DNA of 61,868 nucleotides, from assembly GCA_030156825.1 (NCBI GenBank), contig JASGLU010000002.1:1-61868 (forward strand), in the 5' to 3' direction. The translations under genes were made by a program, and so were the position numbers. The notes below the pieces were generated by a model. It saw nothing but the letters and a program-made list of their open reading frames with translations, had not been told where the DNA came from and did no database searches. Source of the stretch: Candidatus Atribacteria bacterium (lineage in GTDB: Bacteria; Atribacterota; Atribacteria; Atribacterales; JASGLU01). Shown here piece by piece: positions 17,562 through 27,944 of this stretch. Numbering within the stretch: position 1 is the first letter of the stretch; every line of letters starts with the position of its first letter.

Positions 17562-20500
17562 ATGTTTGAGCTAATTGATGACTTTTCTCGTCTTTCCCAA
17601 AAAGAAGAAGAAATTATTGATTTTTGGAACAAACATCAGATTTTCCAGAAAAGCCTCAAGTTGAGAGAAAACGCTCCCCGTTTCGTTTTTTACGAAGGAC
17701 CACCCACCACTAATGGCTATCCACATGCTGGTCATGTTATAGGGAGGAGCATCAAAGACCTTATTCCTCGCTACAAAACCATGAGTGGCTATTATGTACC
17801 ACGGAAGGCGGGTTGGGATACTCATGGGCTACCAGTGGAGCTGGAGGTAGAAAAAGAGTTAGGTATTTCCGGTAAACCGGAAATAGAAAAACACGGGATA
17901 GAAAAGTTTAACCAGAAGTGTAAGGATAGTGCCAAAAAATATATCAAAGAATGGGAGAACCTCACCCGGCGTTTAGGGATTTGGATGGATTTAGAAGATC
18001 CTTACATCACTTATAACAATTCTTATATAGAAACCTTGTGGTGGGTTTTGAAAAATCTGTGGGAAAGAGATCTACTCTATCAAGGCTATAAAGTATTACC
18101 TTATTGCGCTCGCTGTGGTACTTCCCTGTCCAGTCACGAGGTAGCTTTAGGTTACCGAGAAACCCAGGATCCATCAGTTTACATTAAATTTCAGTTAGAA
18201 GGAGAAGAAAAAACTTATTTTTTAGTCTGGACTACTACCCCCTGGACTTTGGTGGCTAACGTGGCTTTGGCGGTAGGGGAAGAGCTATCTTATGTTCTGG
18301 TCGAAGATAACCAGAGCAAAGAACGCTATATTTTAAATCGAGAGCGGTTTCAGGCTCTTTTAGCTCAGGATGAGAATTACCGGGTAATCAAGGAATGCTC
18401 GGGTAAACAATTGACCGGAAAAAGATATCGGCCGCTCCTACCTTTTTTGAGAGCAGAAAGGGGCTATCAGGTGTTACCGGCTGATTTTGTTTCTCTGGAT
18501 GAGGGAACTGGGATAGTTCATATTGCCCCGGCATTTGGAGAAGATGATCTCAAATTAGCCCAGGAACATGATTTACCGGTTTTACATCCCGTCAAAGAGG
18601 ACGGGACTTATCGAGATGAAGTAACTCCCTGGAAGGGAATGTGGGTAAAGGATGCCGATCGGTTAATCATTCAGCATTTGAAAGTTGAGGGGAAACTATT
18701 TCGCCAGGAATCTTACCGTCACTCCTATCCTTTTTGCTGGAGATGTGATACCCCCTTGCTTTACTATGCTAAAGAAAGCTGGTTTATTCGCACCACCGCT
18801 TTTAAAGAATTGCTTATTCAAAATAACCAAAAAGTAAATTGGGTTCCTGCTCATATAAAAAATGGACGATTCGGTAATTTTTTGGAAAATATGGTAGATT
18901 GGGCTCTTTCTCGAGAAAGGTACTGGGGTACACCCTTGAATATTTGGGAATGTTCTCAGTGTGGTTACCAAGATGCTGTTGGTTCAATTCAAGAGTTAAC
19001 CAACCGCTCCCGGGAAAAAGTAGAAGAAATTGAACTCCATCGACCCTGGGTAGATAAAGTTACTCTAACCTGTCCTAAGTGCTCTGGAGTAATGAATCGT
19101 CGGCCAGAGGTAATTGATTGCTGGTTTGATTCCGGGGCTATGTTTGTAGCTCAGCACCACTACCCTTTTGAAAATCAGGCACAATTCAAAGAGAACTTCC
19201 CGGCTGACTTTATATGTGAAGCCATTGACCAAACTCGAGGCTGGTTCTATAGTCTTCATGTTTTAGGTGGTTTACTTTTTCAGAGCCCAACTTTTAAAAA
19301 TTGTTTGGTTACCGAGTTGGGTTTGGACGAGAAGGGGCAAAAGATGAGCAAACACATCGGTAACGTAGTAAGCCCCTGGGAGTTGATTGATACCTATGGA
19401 GCCGATGTGCTTAGATGGTATGTTTTTTCAGTTTCCCCTCCTTGGGTGCCTAAAAGGTTTGGCATTCAACCTCTCAAAGAAATTTTTAGTAGATTTTTTA
19501 ATACCTTATGGAACGTTTTTAACTTTTTTGCTATGTATGCTAATATTGACCAATTTGACCCCTATAAGCGGAATTTTGACTTAAGTCAAACTAAAGACGT
19601 ATTCGATCAATGGATTTACTCTCGGTTAGAAAGCCTGATACAGAGAGTAAGGAAAGAGTTAGACGCCCTGGAAGTTTCTAAAGCAGCTAAAGCAATAGAA
19701 ACTTTTGTGGTGGAAGACCTGAGTAACTGGTATATTCGCCGATCCCGGAGACGTTTTTGGAAAAGCGGTTGGGACGAGGATAAAGAAGCCGCTTTTTCCA
19801 CTTTGTACCAGATTCTGAACAAATTAAGTTTACTTTTAGCCCCCTTTATTCCTTTTACCAGTGAGTTACTTTATCAGCGATTAAATCAAACCAATCCGGA
19901 TAAAAGAGAAAGCGTGCATCTGGAGGACTATCCCCAGGTACAATCCCAATTGATTAATGCAAACCTGGAAACTTCGATGGAAATTGCCCGAACCTTGGCC
20001 AATTTAGGTCGGTCAATTCGCAACAAAACCAACCTCAAACTGCGGCAACCTTTGAAAAGAGCCCAGCTGATTGTTCCCAAAGAAGAGGAAAGAAAGGAAG
20101 TAGCTCGATTCGCAGAGTTGATTAAAGAAGAGTTAAACGTAAAAAACATAGAGTGGTTAGAGACTCTTCCTCCGGAAGTCGAGATTAAGTTGAAACCCAA
20201 TTTTGCTGTTTTGGGTCCTAAGTATGGTTCTAAAGTTAAAGACCTAACTCGTTTTTTATCTTCTTTATCTCGTGACCGTATCTTGCGTTTTTTGGAAGAG
20301 GAAAAGCTTGAGGTTGATATTTTTCAGGAAGAAACAATCCTTTCTTTGGAAGAAGTAGAGGTTAGTTTAAGTGCTTTTTCTGAGCTTTCGGTGGAGAGTG
20401 AAAAAGGTTATGCTGTGGTAATGGACACCTCGCTGGACCCGCAGTTAGAAAAAGAAGGATTAGTGCGAGACCTGATTCATACTATTCAAATTTTCCGAAA

Positions 20501-20714
20501 AGAAGCTAATTTTGAAATCGACGATAGAGTAATTCTTTACGTGCTTGATGGTACCGATCCGGAAGTTAAAGCCTTAATTCAGGATTTCCTGGATTTAATC
20601 CGGGATGAGGTTTTGGCACGAGAAATAATCTTTACCCCTGATGGTGAGGGAGTTATTTTAAAAAAAGAAGAAAAAGTGGGAAACAAAAAAATTCGAATAG
20701 CCCTCAAAAAGTAA
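17562..20714 (+). CDS. ileS: Isoleucine--tRNA ligase (long, type-2-like form)
   Basis: HIGH-region PHAGHV, KMSKS motif QKMSKHIGN, a CP1 editing-domain region and Zn-finger CPKCSG. 1050 aa. Confidence 0.95.
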   Translation: MFELIDDFSRLSQKEEEIIDFWNKHQIFQKSLKLRENAPRFVFYEGPPTTNGYPHAGHVIGRSIKDLIPRYKTMSGYYVPRKAGWDTHGLPVELEVEKELGISGKPEIEKHGIEKFNQKCKDSAKKYIKEWENLTRRLGIWMDLEDPYITYNNSYIETLWWVLKNLWERDLLYQGYKVLPYCARCGTSLSSHEVALGYRETQDPSVYIKFQLEGEEKTYFLVWTTTPWTLVANVALAVGEELSYVLVEDNQSKERYILNRERFQALLAQDENYRVIKECSGKQLTGKRYRPLLPFLRAERGYQVLPADFVSLDEGTGIVHIAPAFGEDDLKLAQEHDLPVLHPVKEDGTYRDEVTPWKGMWVKDADRLIIQHLKVEGKLFRQESYRHSYPFCWRCDTPLLYYAKESWFIRTTAFKELLIQNNQKVNWVPAHIKNGRFGNFLENMVDWALSRERYWGTPLNIWECSQCGYQDAVGSIQELTNRSREKVEEIELHRPWVDKVTLTCPKCSGVMNRRPEVIDCWFDSGAMFVAQHHYPFENQAQFKENFPADFICEAIDQTRGWFYSLHVLGGLLFQSPTFKNCLVTELGLDEKGQKMSKHIGNVVSPWELIDTYGADVLRWYVFSVSPPWVPKRFGIQPLKEIFSRFFNTLWNVFNFFAMYANIDQFDPYKRNFDLSQTKDVFDQWIYSRLESLIQRVRKELDALEVSKAAKAIETFVVEDLSNWYIRRSRRRFWKSGWDEDKEAAFSTLYQILNKLSLLLAPFIPFTSELLYQRLNQTNPDKRESVHLEDYPQVQSQLINANLETSMEIARTLANLGRSIRNKTNLKLRQPLKRAQLIVPKEEERKEVARFAELIKEELNVKNIEWLETLPPEVEIKLKPNFAVLGPKYGSKVKDLTRFLSSLSRDRILRFLEEEKLEVDIFQEETILSLEEVEVSLSAFSELSVESEKGYAVVMDTSLDPQLEKEGLVRDLIHTIQIFRKEANFEIDDRVILYVLDGTDPEVKALIQDFLDLIRDEVLAREIIFTPDGEGVILKKEEKVGNKKIRIALKK

Positions 20715-20727
20715 AAGGAGGTAAAGG

Positions 20728-22092
20728 GTGAATATGGAAGAGGGTAGAACTGTCTTTCCTTGGAGAATATTGTTGTTGATGGTGTTGGTTTTTTCCTTTT
20801 TGGGAATGAGAGTAGCCTACTCGGCCCAAGTTTATTCGGTGAAAAAGGGTGATACTTTATGGTCTATAGCCCGTAGGTACCAGGTTCCTCTTGACTTACT
20901 CGAGAAAGCCAATGGCCTATCCGGAGAAGACGTTTTACCCATCGGATTTCAATTAACCATTCCCACTTCTGAGGGGGATATTGTTAGCCAAAATGAGTCT
21001 AAAAGTAATGAATATATAGTGCAGGCGGGGGATAATTTATGGGATATTTCCCGAAAGTTCGATGTTCCCCTTAAATCCCTTTTAGAAAGTAACAACCTTT
21101 CTGAAAAAAGTATTCTTCGAGTAGGCCAGAAGTTGAAAATTCCTTCTTCGGCTTCTCTTGCTCAAAAAGAACCTCCCCAAACAAGCACCCTTATCCATCG
21201 AGTGGAGAAAGGGGAATCGCTATGGGTGATTTCCCGTCATTATGGGGTTAGTATGGAATCTATCATGAGTCGCAACCACTTAAATCCGGATAGCATTTTG
21301 GCTATTGGTATGGAATTGGTCATTCCCACTTCTTCTGCCTCAAGTGGTCAGTCTTCAACTTCTACCAAGGTAGAGGGATTTTACTATCAGGTTCAAAAAG
21401 GAGATTCTTTGTGGACCATTGCCCAGAAGTTTGGAACCAGTGTGGATGCCTTAAGCAGGGCTAACCAACTTACTAATCCGGAGAAACTGTCCATCAGTCA
21501 ATCTCTGTGGATACCTTCTGCTCAGCGACCGGCTGGTGCCAGTGGAGAATATCAAACTTATCAGGTGAGGGCGGGGGATACCCTGTGGTCTATTTCCCGA
21601 AGCTATGGAGTGGCTCTTAACCAATTGATGAGTATTAACGGATTGAACGAAAAAAGTGTTTTACAGGTGGGGCAGAATATCCGTATTCCACTTGATAGTC
21701 CCCGAGGTTACGGGTCAACTTCAACCAGCTTTATTTGGCCGGTAAGTGGAAGAGTTACATCTCCTTTTGGCTCAAGAGGAGGAAGACTCCACTCGGGGAT
21801 AGATATCTCCGCTCCCTCAGGAAAGGTTATTTATGCCGCTCGAAGTGGGATAGTTAGCTTCAGTGGTTGGCAAAATGGGTATGGCAGGGTAGTAATAATA
21901 GATCATCAGGATGGATGGCAAACAGTGTATGCCCACAATTCGTTGAATCTGGTGACCAGGGGACAGAGGGTAAACCAGGGAGACCCGATTGCGCGAGTGG
22001 GAAACAGTGGTAATGCCACCGGCTTTCATCTCCATTTTGAAATTAGAAACCGAGGGCAGGCGGTTGATCCCCTTCAACATTTGAGGAGGTAA
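20728..22092 (+). CDS. Secreted peptidoglycan hydrolase with five LysM repeats and a C-terminal M23 peptidase domain
   Basis: Five repeats of the type Y.V..GD.LW.I...Y. M23 motifs HSGIDISAP and GFHLHFEIR. N-terminal hydrophobic signal. Confidence 0.9.
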   Translation: MNMEEGRTVFPWRILLLMVLVFSFLGMRVAYSAQVYSVKKGDTLWSIARRYQVPLDLLEKANGLSGEDVLPIGFQLTIPTSEGDIVSQNESKSNEYIVQAGDNLWDISRKFDVPLKSLLESNNLSEKSILRVGQKLKIPSSASLAQKEPPQTSTLIHRVEKGESLWVISRHYGVSMESIMSRNHLNPDSILAIGMELVIPTSSASSGQSSTSTKVEGFYYQVQKGDSLWTIAQKFGTSVDALSRANQLTNPEKLSISQSLWIPSAQRPAGASGEYQTYQVRAGDTLWSISRSYGVALNQLMSINGLNEKSVLQVGQNIRIPLDSPRGYGSTSTSFIWPVSGRVTSPFGSRGGRLHSGIDISAPSGKVIYAARSGIVSFSGWQNGYGRVVIIDHQDGWQTVYAHNSLNLVTRGQRVNQGDPIARVGNSGNATGFHLHFEIRNRGQAVDPLQHLRR

Positions 22093-22098
22093 AAAGAT

Positions 22099-22650
22099 AT
22101 GGATCGTAGTGAAGCCATGCAGCTACTGAGAGAACATTTGAAAAATGAAAACTTGATAAAACATTGTATTGCCTGCGAAGCTATCATGGAAGCTTTAGCT
22201 GAACAGTTAGGCCAGGACCAGCAAATTTGGTCTTTAGCTGGGCTGTTGCACGATTTGGACTACCAGAAAACTCAGGCTGAGCCCTCGCGCCACGGATTAG
22301 TAGGCGCTCAAATGCTGTTTGATTATCAACTTCCTTCTGAAGTGATCAAGGCTATCCAGTCTCACAATCCGGCCACCGGCTATCAGGCGCAAACGACTAT
22401 AGAAAAAGCCTTGTTAGCAGTGGACCCGGTTAGTGGTTTTATTGTAGCTTGTGCTTTGATTCACCCCTCGCGCAAACTAAAGAATTTGGACCTTAATTTT
22501 CTAACCAACCGCTTCAAAGAAAAAAGTTTTGCCCGGGGTGCCTCTCGGGAACAAATCCAGTCTTGTCAGGAAATAGGCCTCTCGTTGGAGGAGTTTCTGG
22601 AAATATCTCTAAAAGCTATGCAAGATAGGTCCGAAGAATTAGGGTTGTAG
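22099..22650 (+). CDS. HD-domain phosphohydrolase
   Basis: HD signature (AGLLHDLDY) within a roughly 180-aa all-helical protein. Confidence 0.7.
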   Translation: MDRSEAMQLLREHLKNENLIKHCIACEAIMEALAEQLGQDQQIWSLAGLLHDLDYQKTQAEPSRHGLVGAQMLFDYQLPSEVIKAIQSHNPATGYQAQTTIEKALLAVDPVSGFIVACALIHPSRKLKNLDLNFLTNRFKEKSFARGASREQIQSCQEIGLSLEEFLEISLKAMQDRSEELGL

Positions 22651-22754
22651 TTTGCACGAAGCACAAAGAACAAAAAAGAATATATTGTCTTAGCTCAAGT
22701 TCTGAATTTTACCAGAAAACTCTCCCTGCTTATAGTATAATTACCCTATAAGTA

Positions 22755-22851
22755 GCCTACGGTGTAGATAAAAGAAGGAAAAGACTTGCTGAGGATAATA
22801 AAATACGCACCCAGTGCCTACGGCGTTAGAAAAAACAAAACTTACTGAAGG
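22755..22851 (+). repeat. Degenerate tandem duplication in an intergenic region, period about 61 nt
   Basis: GCCTACGGTGTAGATAAAAGAAGGAAAAGACTTGCTGAGG (22755-22794) against GCCTACGGCGTTAGAAAAAACAAAACTTACTGAAGG (22816-22851). Confidence 0.6.
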
Positions 22852-22962
22852 GGAGAAAACATCTCCACGAGCATTTGATTTGAAAAGAAAAGGTCATCCA
22901 AGAGTACTTATCTAACCTTAAAAATGGAATAAAACCTGAGGTAGAAGAATATTTACAGAGGA

Positions 22963-23280
22963 TTGAAAAAGGTGAAAGAGACTTACGAGTTTGAGAAGTG
23001 GATTAAACAAATAGAGGAAAAGGTACAGGGACTTTATAGAGAAGAGAAGCTGGAAGTGATAGCCGAAGAAATCTACTCTCGCTATGGCGTGCGGGTATGG
23101 TTCAGCGAGATTTTAGGAAAAAGGTGGTCGCATATTGCGGGGTGGGGAGGATACGACCCCACCCCTACCCATCAGATTCTTCTTTCTCCCCGCTATGGTA
23201 TGACCATAGAGGGAGAGAGAATTCCAGAAGCAGAAAAAGAGGCCCTCCTTTCTTTTATTAAAAAGGAGCTTCCTAATTAG
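22963..23280 (+). CDS. Hypothetical protein, no family recognised
   Basis: A 105-aa ORF with a TTG start. Its tail overlaps the convergent VOC gene by 8 nt. No recognisable motif. Confidence 0.4.
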   Translation: MKKVKETYEFEKWIKQIEEKVQGLYREEKLEVIAEEIYSRYGVRVWFSEILGKRWSHIAGWGGYDPTPTHQILLSPRYGMTIEGERIPEAEKEALLSFIKKELPN

Positions 23281-23653
23281 TTCTTTCTACTATTTCCAGA
23301 GTCTCCCCCATTGGTCCAGAAAAATAGGCGTACTTGAACCCTCCACTTTTGGTTAGGGGAAGGGTGAAGTTTATTCCTTTTTTCATCAGCTCTTCATAGA
23401 TTTCTTCTACATTAGAAACGGCTAAGGCCAGATGGAAAGAAGAAGAGAAGTTGATATCTTTTTCTTCTGGCCGATGAGGAGCGATGACCTCCAGCTGAGT
23501 GTTTCCCAAAGAGAGGAAAACAATATCCGATTGCTCTCCTGCATCATAAAATCGCTCTTCTATCTCCAGCCCTAAAATACCGCAATAAAACTCGAGAGTT
23601 TTATCTAAGTCATTGGTTTTGATGGCTGCATGGTGTAAACCTTGAAAGTTCAT
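23273..23653 (-). CDS. VOC-family protein (glyoxalase/methylmalonyl-CoA epimerase-like)
   Basis: LHHAAIKTNDLDKTLEFYCGILGL...LALAV pattern typical of the VOC fold. Confidence 0.8.
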   Translation of the reverse strand: MNFQGLHHAAIKTNDLDKTLEFYCGILGLEIEERFYDAGEQSDIVFLSLGNTQLEVIAPHRPEEKDINFSSSFHLALAVSNVEEIYEELMKKGINFTLPLTKSGGFKYAYFSGPMGETLEIVERTN

Positions 23654-23663
23654 AAGTTTCCTC

Positions 23664-25943
23664 CTACTTTATAAAAATTTCGCTTCTGAATTTTCTATGC
23701 TTGGTAAGCACTTTTTCTTTTAAAACTTCAAATTCTCCTGAAAGCCGGATATCTTCTGAAGAACTACCTACCATAACCTCAAAAACCCCTGGCTCCACCG
23801 TGAGCCTCATAAACTCATCGTAAAAAGCTAATTGCTCGGGAAAGAGAGTGAAAATAACTTCCTTCTCTTCATCGGGCTGGAGGGTAAAGCGCTTAAATCC
23901 TTTGAGTTCCTTTACCGGCCGCTCTACTGAAGCTATTCGGTCGTGAATATACAGTTGCACTACTTCGTCTCCCGCTCGACTCCCGGTGTTTTTAACTTTA
24001 AAGCTTATCTTAACTCCTTCTAAAGAATTTACCTGAGGAGGAGTAATTTTTAGGTCTGAGTAAGAAAACTTAGTATAGCTCAAACCATGTCCAAAGGGGA
24101 AAAGAGGTTGGGCATCAGTATTTATATAATCATTAAAGGAAGAAGGTTTCCGATTATAATAAACTGGAATTTGCCCTACTCTTTGCGGGAAGGAGATGGG
24201 GAGCTTCCCTCCGGGGTTGTAATCACCGAATAGCACATCGGCTATAGCATTTCCTCCTTCTTCTCCCGGATACCAGGCTTCTAAAATGGCCGGAAGATTT
24301 TCTTTTTCCCACTTGATAGAAAGGGGCCGACCGTTAACCAGAACTAAAACTATAGGTTTTCCGATTTCCTTAAGAGCCTGAAGGAGCTCCTTTTGCCTTC
24401 CGGGGAGATCTAAATCTACCCGGTCGCTCCCCTCTCCCGAAATAGAAGTTTTAAAGAGACCGCTATTTTCCCCCATAACTGCGATAATAACCTCAGATTG
24501 TTCTGCTATTTTCAGTGCTTCCTCGAAACCATCGCCAGATGTATCTAAAAGGTCACATCCCTGAGCATAAAGCACTTTAGTGCTCGCAGAAACTTTATTT
24601 TTTATTCCTTCCAGCACGCTTATCGTCTCCACTGCATCTTCTTCGGTAATTTCTTCTCCTTTCCATTTTCGCACACTGGGGATGTGCACAGTATAACTGT
24701 AGTCTCCATGTAAATTTCTAGTGCTATGAGCATTAGGACCTATAACTGCTATAGTTCCTGAGTCTTTTTTCAGGGGTAGAATGCCCTCATTTTTAAGAAG
24801 AACCATAGATTTCCGAGCTACTTCTCGAGAGAGCTCTCGGTCTTGGGGGGTATCCAGAACTTCTTTCACTTTTTGGGGGTCTATCTCTATGCTTTCTCTC
24901 TCTTTGAGCCCCAGGAGGAATTTTACTTCTAATATTCTTCTAACTGATTCATTTATCACTTCTTCAGAAATCAACCCTTCTTGCACTGCGAGAAGTAGTG
25001 GTTCTCCATAACAATCGGCATCCGGAAGCTCAATGTCTATTCCTGCTTCCAGGGCTTTTATGGCTGCTTCTTGAGTGCTACCAGCTACTCGGTGGAGGTT
25101 TTCTAGCATTCTTATGGCTTCATAGTCAGAAACCACTAACCCTTGAAAACCCCATTCCTCGCGCAGAATTTTAGTTAAGAAAAATCGAGAAGCAGCACAA
25201 GGAATACCATCTATCTCATGATAGGCATTCATAACTGAACCTGCTCTGGCTTCTCTTACCGCCACCTCAAAAGGAAAAAGGAACACTTCTCTTAATTCCC
25301 GTTCTGAGGCTCGAGCAGGAGCTAAATTTCTTCCTCCTTCTGAGATTCCGTAAGCGGGAAAATGCTTGGCAGTAGCGATAATACCTGATTTAAAATCCTC
25401 TCCCTGGAGACCTTTTATATAAGCAGAAGCCATTCGAGAAACAAGATAAGGGTCTTCCCCGAAAGTTTCTTCTGTTCTTCCCCAGCGAGGGTCGCGAGGG
25501 ATATCAAGAACTGGAGATAATCCCTGGTGAGCACCTAAAGCTCTTATTTGTTTTCTTATTGCTGATGTAGCCTGGTGGATAATATCGGGATCAAAAGTGC
25601 TACCCATACCTATAGCCTGAGGAAACACGGTTGCTCCCCAGGCGGTAAAGCCACTTAAACATTCTTCGTGAATCATAGCCGGGATTCCGAGACGGGTTTC
25701 TTCTCTCAAGAATTTTTGGATTTCGTTGCCTATCTCCGCTGCTTTTTTGGGCTTCATACCTGCCCCACCAGCTATTCTGGTGATTTGTCCAATACCATTT
25801 TTTAAAAGTTCTCGGGCCTTTTCCCGAGAAAATTGACCATTTTCCAGCAGTCGGTGGGCATGAATAGAGCCCAACTGAGCCACTTTTTCTTCTAAGGTCA
25901 TACGAGAGAGTAAGTCGCTTACCGATTGGGTTACAGTTTTCAT
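23664..25943 (-). CDS. Glycoside hydrolase family 3 beta-glucosidase
   Basis: GH3 N-domain (KHFPAYG, GLVVSDYEAI nucleophile region), C-domain and Fn3-like tail. 759 aa. Confidence 0.92.
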   Translation of the reverse strand: MKTVTQSVSDLLSRMTLEEKVAQLGSIHAHRLLENGQFSREKARELLKNGIGQITRIAGGAGMKPKKAAEIGNEIQKFLREETRLGIPAMIHEECLSGFTAWGATVFPQAIGMGSTFDPDIIHQATSAIRKQIRALGAHQGLSPVLDIPRDPRWGRTEETFGEDPYLVSRMASAYIKGLQGEDFKSGIIATAKHFPAYGISEGGRNLAPARASERELREVFLFPFEVAVREARAGSVMNAYHEIDGIPCAASRFFLTKILREEWGFQGLVVSDYEAIRMLENLHRVAGSTQEAAIKALEAGIDIELPDADCYGEPLLLAVQEGLISEEVINESVRRILEVKFLLGLKERESIEIDPQKVKEVLDTPQDRELSREVARKSMVLLKNEGILPLKKDSGTIAVIGPNAHSTRNLHGDYSYTVHIPSVRKWKGEEITEEDAVETISVLEGIKNKVSASTKVLYAQGCDLLDTSGDGFEEALKIAEQSEVIIAVMGENSGLFKTSISGEGSDRVDLDLPGRQKELLQALKEIGKPIVLVLVNGRPLSIKWEKENLPAILEAWYPGEEGGNAIADVLFGDYNPGGKLPISFPQRVGQIPVYYNRKPSSFNDYINTDAQPLFPFGHGLSYTKFSYSDLKITPPQVNSLEGVKISFKVKNTGSRAGDEVVQLYIHDRIASVERPVKELKGFKRFTLQPDEEKEVIFTLFPEQLAFYDEFMRLTVEPGVFEVMVGSSSEDIRLSGEFEVLKEKVLTKHRKFRSEIFIK

Positions 25944-26003
25944 AAAACTAACCTCCTCTTTAATTTAAAACACAAAATTTTAGCTCGAGAATTGTGTTAC
26001 GGG

Positions 26004-26957
26004 TTACTTTATATATTTGTGGCACTTTACTACTACTCCATTCACAGAGATGTCCTCTGGTGCTTTTTGCTTACATATTTCTTGAACTTCTGGACATCTT
26101 CCGGCGAATTTGCACCCTGATCGGAGATATTCTTCTTTTTCTTCCAAAAAAGTAATCGATGTTTTATAGCGCTCTTGGGGATCCGGTTTGGGAATGGATT
26201 CAAGAAGGAGTTGAGTATAGGGGTGTTTGGGTTTTCCCAGAACCTCTTCTACTGATCCAGTTTCTACTATGTTCCCTCGAAACATTATCCCTATTCTATC
26301 GCTAACATAATAAGCAGTTGCTAGATCATGAGTGATATAAATCACACTCACTTCCAGAGAATCCCTCAATTTGCGAAACAGGTTAACTATGGACATTCGC
26401 AAAGAGGCATCCACCATAGAAACTGGCTCATCAGCCACTAAAAGAAAAGGGTTAGTTAAGAGAGAACGAGCAATTGAAGCCCTCTGCAGTTGTCCTCCAG
26501 AAAGCTCGCCAGGGTATTTTCCCGCAATTTCTGAGAGAGAAAGACCTACTTGCTGAAGCTTTTCTTCGATTAAAACTGATGCCTTTCTCCCTTCTTTATC
26601 TAACTGGTAGTTGTGGATAGTCTCAAAGAAATAGCATTCCACTTTACGTAAGGGGTTAAAAGTTTCAAAAGGATTTTGGAAAACTGCTTGTACTTCTTTA
26701 AACCAGGCTTTTTTATCCTGGAACTCTTCTATTTTTCGGTTTTGATATCTAATTTCTCCCGAAGTGGGAGGCTCAAAACCCAGAATCATTCGGGCGGTAG
26801 TAGTTTTCCCACAGCCACTTTCTCCCGCTAAAGTAAAAATCTCGGCGGGCTTCACGGTAAAAGAAATTTGATCTACCGCTTTTATCCTAAGCCGAGAAAA
26901 TAGGCTTCCTAAAGAGAAAATCTTGGTAAGATCCTTAACTTCAAGAACAACTGGCAC
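26004..26957 (-). CDS. ABC transporter ATP-binding protein (OppF/DppF-like)
   Basis: Walker A GESGCGKTT, signature LSGGQLQR, Walker B LLVADEP and an oligopeptide-type C-terminal Cys-rich extension. Confidence 0.92.
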   Translation of the reverse strand: MPVVLEVKDLTKIFSLGSLFSRLRIKAVDQISFTVKPAEIFTLAGESGCGKTTTARMILGFEPPTSGEIRYQNRKIEEFQDKKAWFKEVQAVFQNPFETFNPLRKVECYFFETIHNYQLDKEGRKASVLIEEKLQQVGLSLSEIAGKYPGELSGGQLQRASIARSLLTNPFLLVADEPVSMVDASLRMSIVNLFRKLRDSLEVSVIYITHDLATAYYVSDRIGIMFRGNIVETGSVEEVLGKPKHPYTQLLLESIPKPDPQERYKTSITFLEEKEEYLRSGCKFAGRCPEVQEICKQKAPEDISVNGVVVKCHKYIK

Positions 26958-27942
26958 GGTTATTCCCCCTTAAAAAGCAGGCCACCTTGTGATCTATGTT
27001 AACTCTTACTAATTCTGGTACTTCCTGAGAACAGAGAGGAAAAGCTTGAGGACAGCGAGGATGGAAGAGACAACCTGGCGGAGGTTCTACCAGAGAAGGA
27101 GGGCTTCCCGGCGCACTTTCTCGAGGGGTTTTATCCCCAATTTTAGGTAAAGAGTGGATTAGGTACTGGGTGTAAGGGTGAAGGGGATGGTTAAAAATAT
27201 CTTCGGTAGAGCCTTCTTCCATGATTTTACCTGCATACATGATGGCCATTCTGGTAGCAATGTTGGCATGGATGCCCATATCGTGAGTTACCAAAACTAT
27301 AGTGTTTTGAAGTTCCTTTTGAACGTCTTGCATGAGTTGGAGTACTGCTCTTTGGGCAACCACATCCAAAGCGGTAGTAGGTTCGTCAGCCAGAATAATG
27401 CGGGGTTTAAGTAAAGTGGAAAGAGCAATCGCTACTCTCTGTCTCATTCCTCCAGACAATTGGTGGGGGTAAGCGTCTAATATTCGGGGAGAGAGGCCTA
27501 ATGTTTTGAGGTGATGGTTGGTCAGAGAGAGTAATTCCTCTCTATCTTTGCCTCGGACATGACTTTCCAAAAAATCCAAGAAGGTAACCTTTAACTTTTT
27601 GACCGGGTTGAAAGCGCTCATAGAACCCTGGGGAATATAGGAGATATAGGTCCAGCGCAACTCTCTCTTTTCTCTTGCTGAAAGAGAAAAAGCATCTATA
27701 TATTTATCGTTTACGCAGTAATATACTCTTCCTTCAAATGCTCTCAGGGGAGGTTCAATGTTAGCAAAAAGAACCTTAAGCAAAGTGGTTTTCCCACAGC
27801 CACTTTCTCCGGCAATGCCATAGACCTCATTTCCAGGGATTTGCAGATTAACCCCATGGACGGCTTTCGCTATTCTTTTTTCCCCCAGAGTTTCCAGAAC
27901 ATAAAATACTTGCAAATTTTCTGCTTTAAGCACTTCATTCAT
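26941..27942 (-). CDS. ABC transporter ATP-binding protein (OppD/DppD-like)
   Basis: Walker A GESGCGKTT, signature LSGGMRQR, Walker B ILADEPTTALD and C-terminal CLFHPRCP. Confidence 0.92.
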   Translation of the reverse strand: MNEVLKAENLQVFYVLETLGEKRIAKAVHGVNLQIPGNEVYGIAGESGCGKTTLLKVLFANIEPPLRAFEGRVYYCVNDKYIDAFSLSAREKRELRWTYISYIPQGSMSAFNPVKKLKVTFLDFLESHVRGKDREELLSLTNHHLKTLGLSPRILDAYPHQLSGGMRQRVAIALSTLLKPRIILADEPTTALDVVAQRAVLQLMQDVQKELQNTIVLVTHDMGIHANIATRMAIMYAGKIMEEGSTEDIFNHPLHPYTQYLIHSLPKIGDKTPRESAPGSPPSLVEPPPGCLFHPRCPQAFPLCSQEVPELVRVNIDHKVACFLRGNNRASCS

Positions 27943-27944
27943 TT

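Noticed and set aside
22812-22851. A preQ1-I-like riboswitch: a short hairpin followed by an AGAAAAAACAAAACTTAC tail.
   Set aside because: No convincing P1 stem or pseudoknot partner for the tail. The downstream ORF is unrelated to queuosine metabolism. The resemblance is limited to an A-rich tract in AT-rich DNA.
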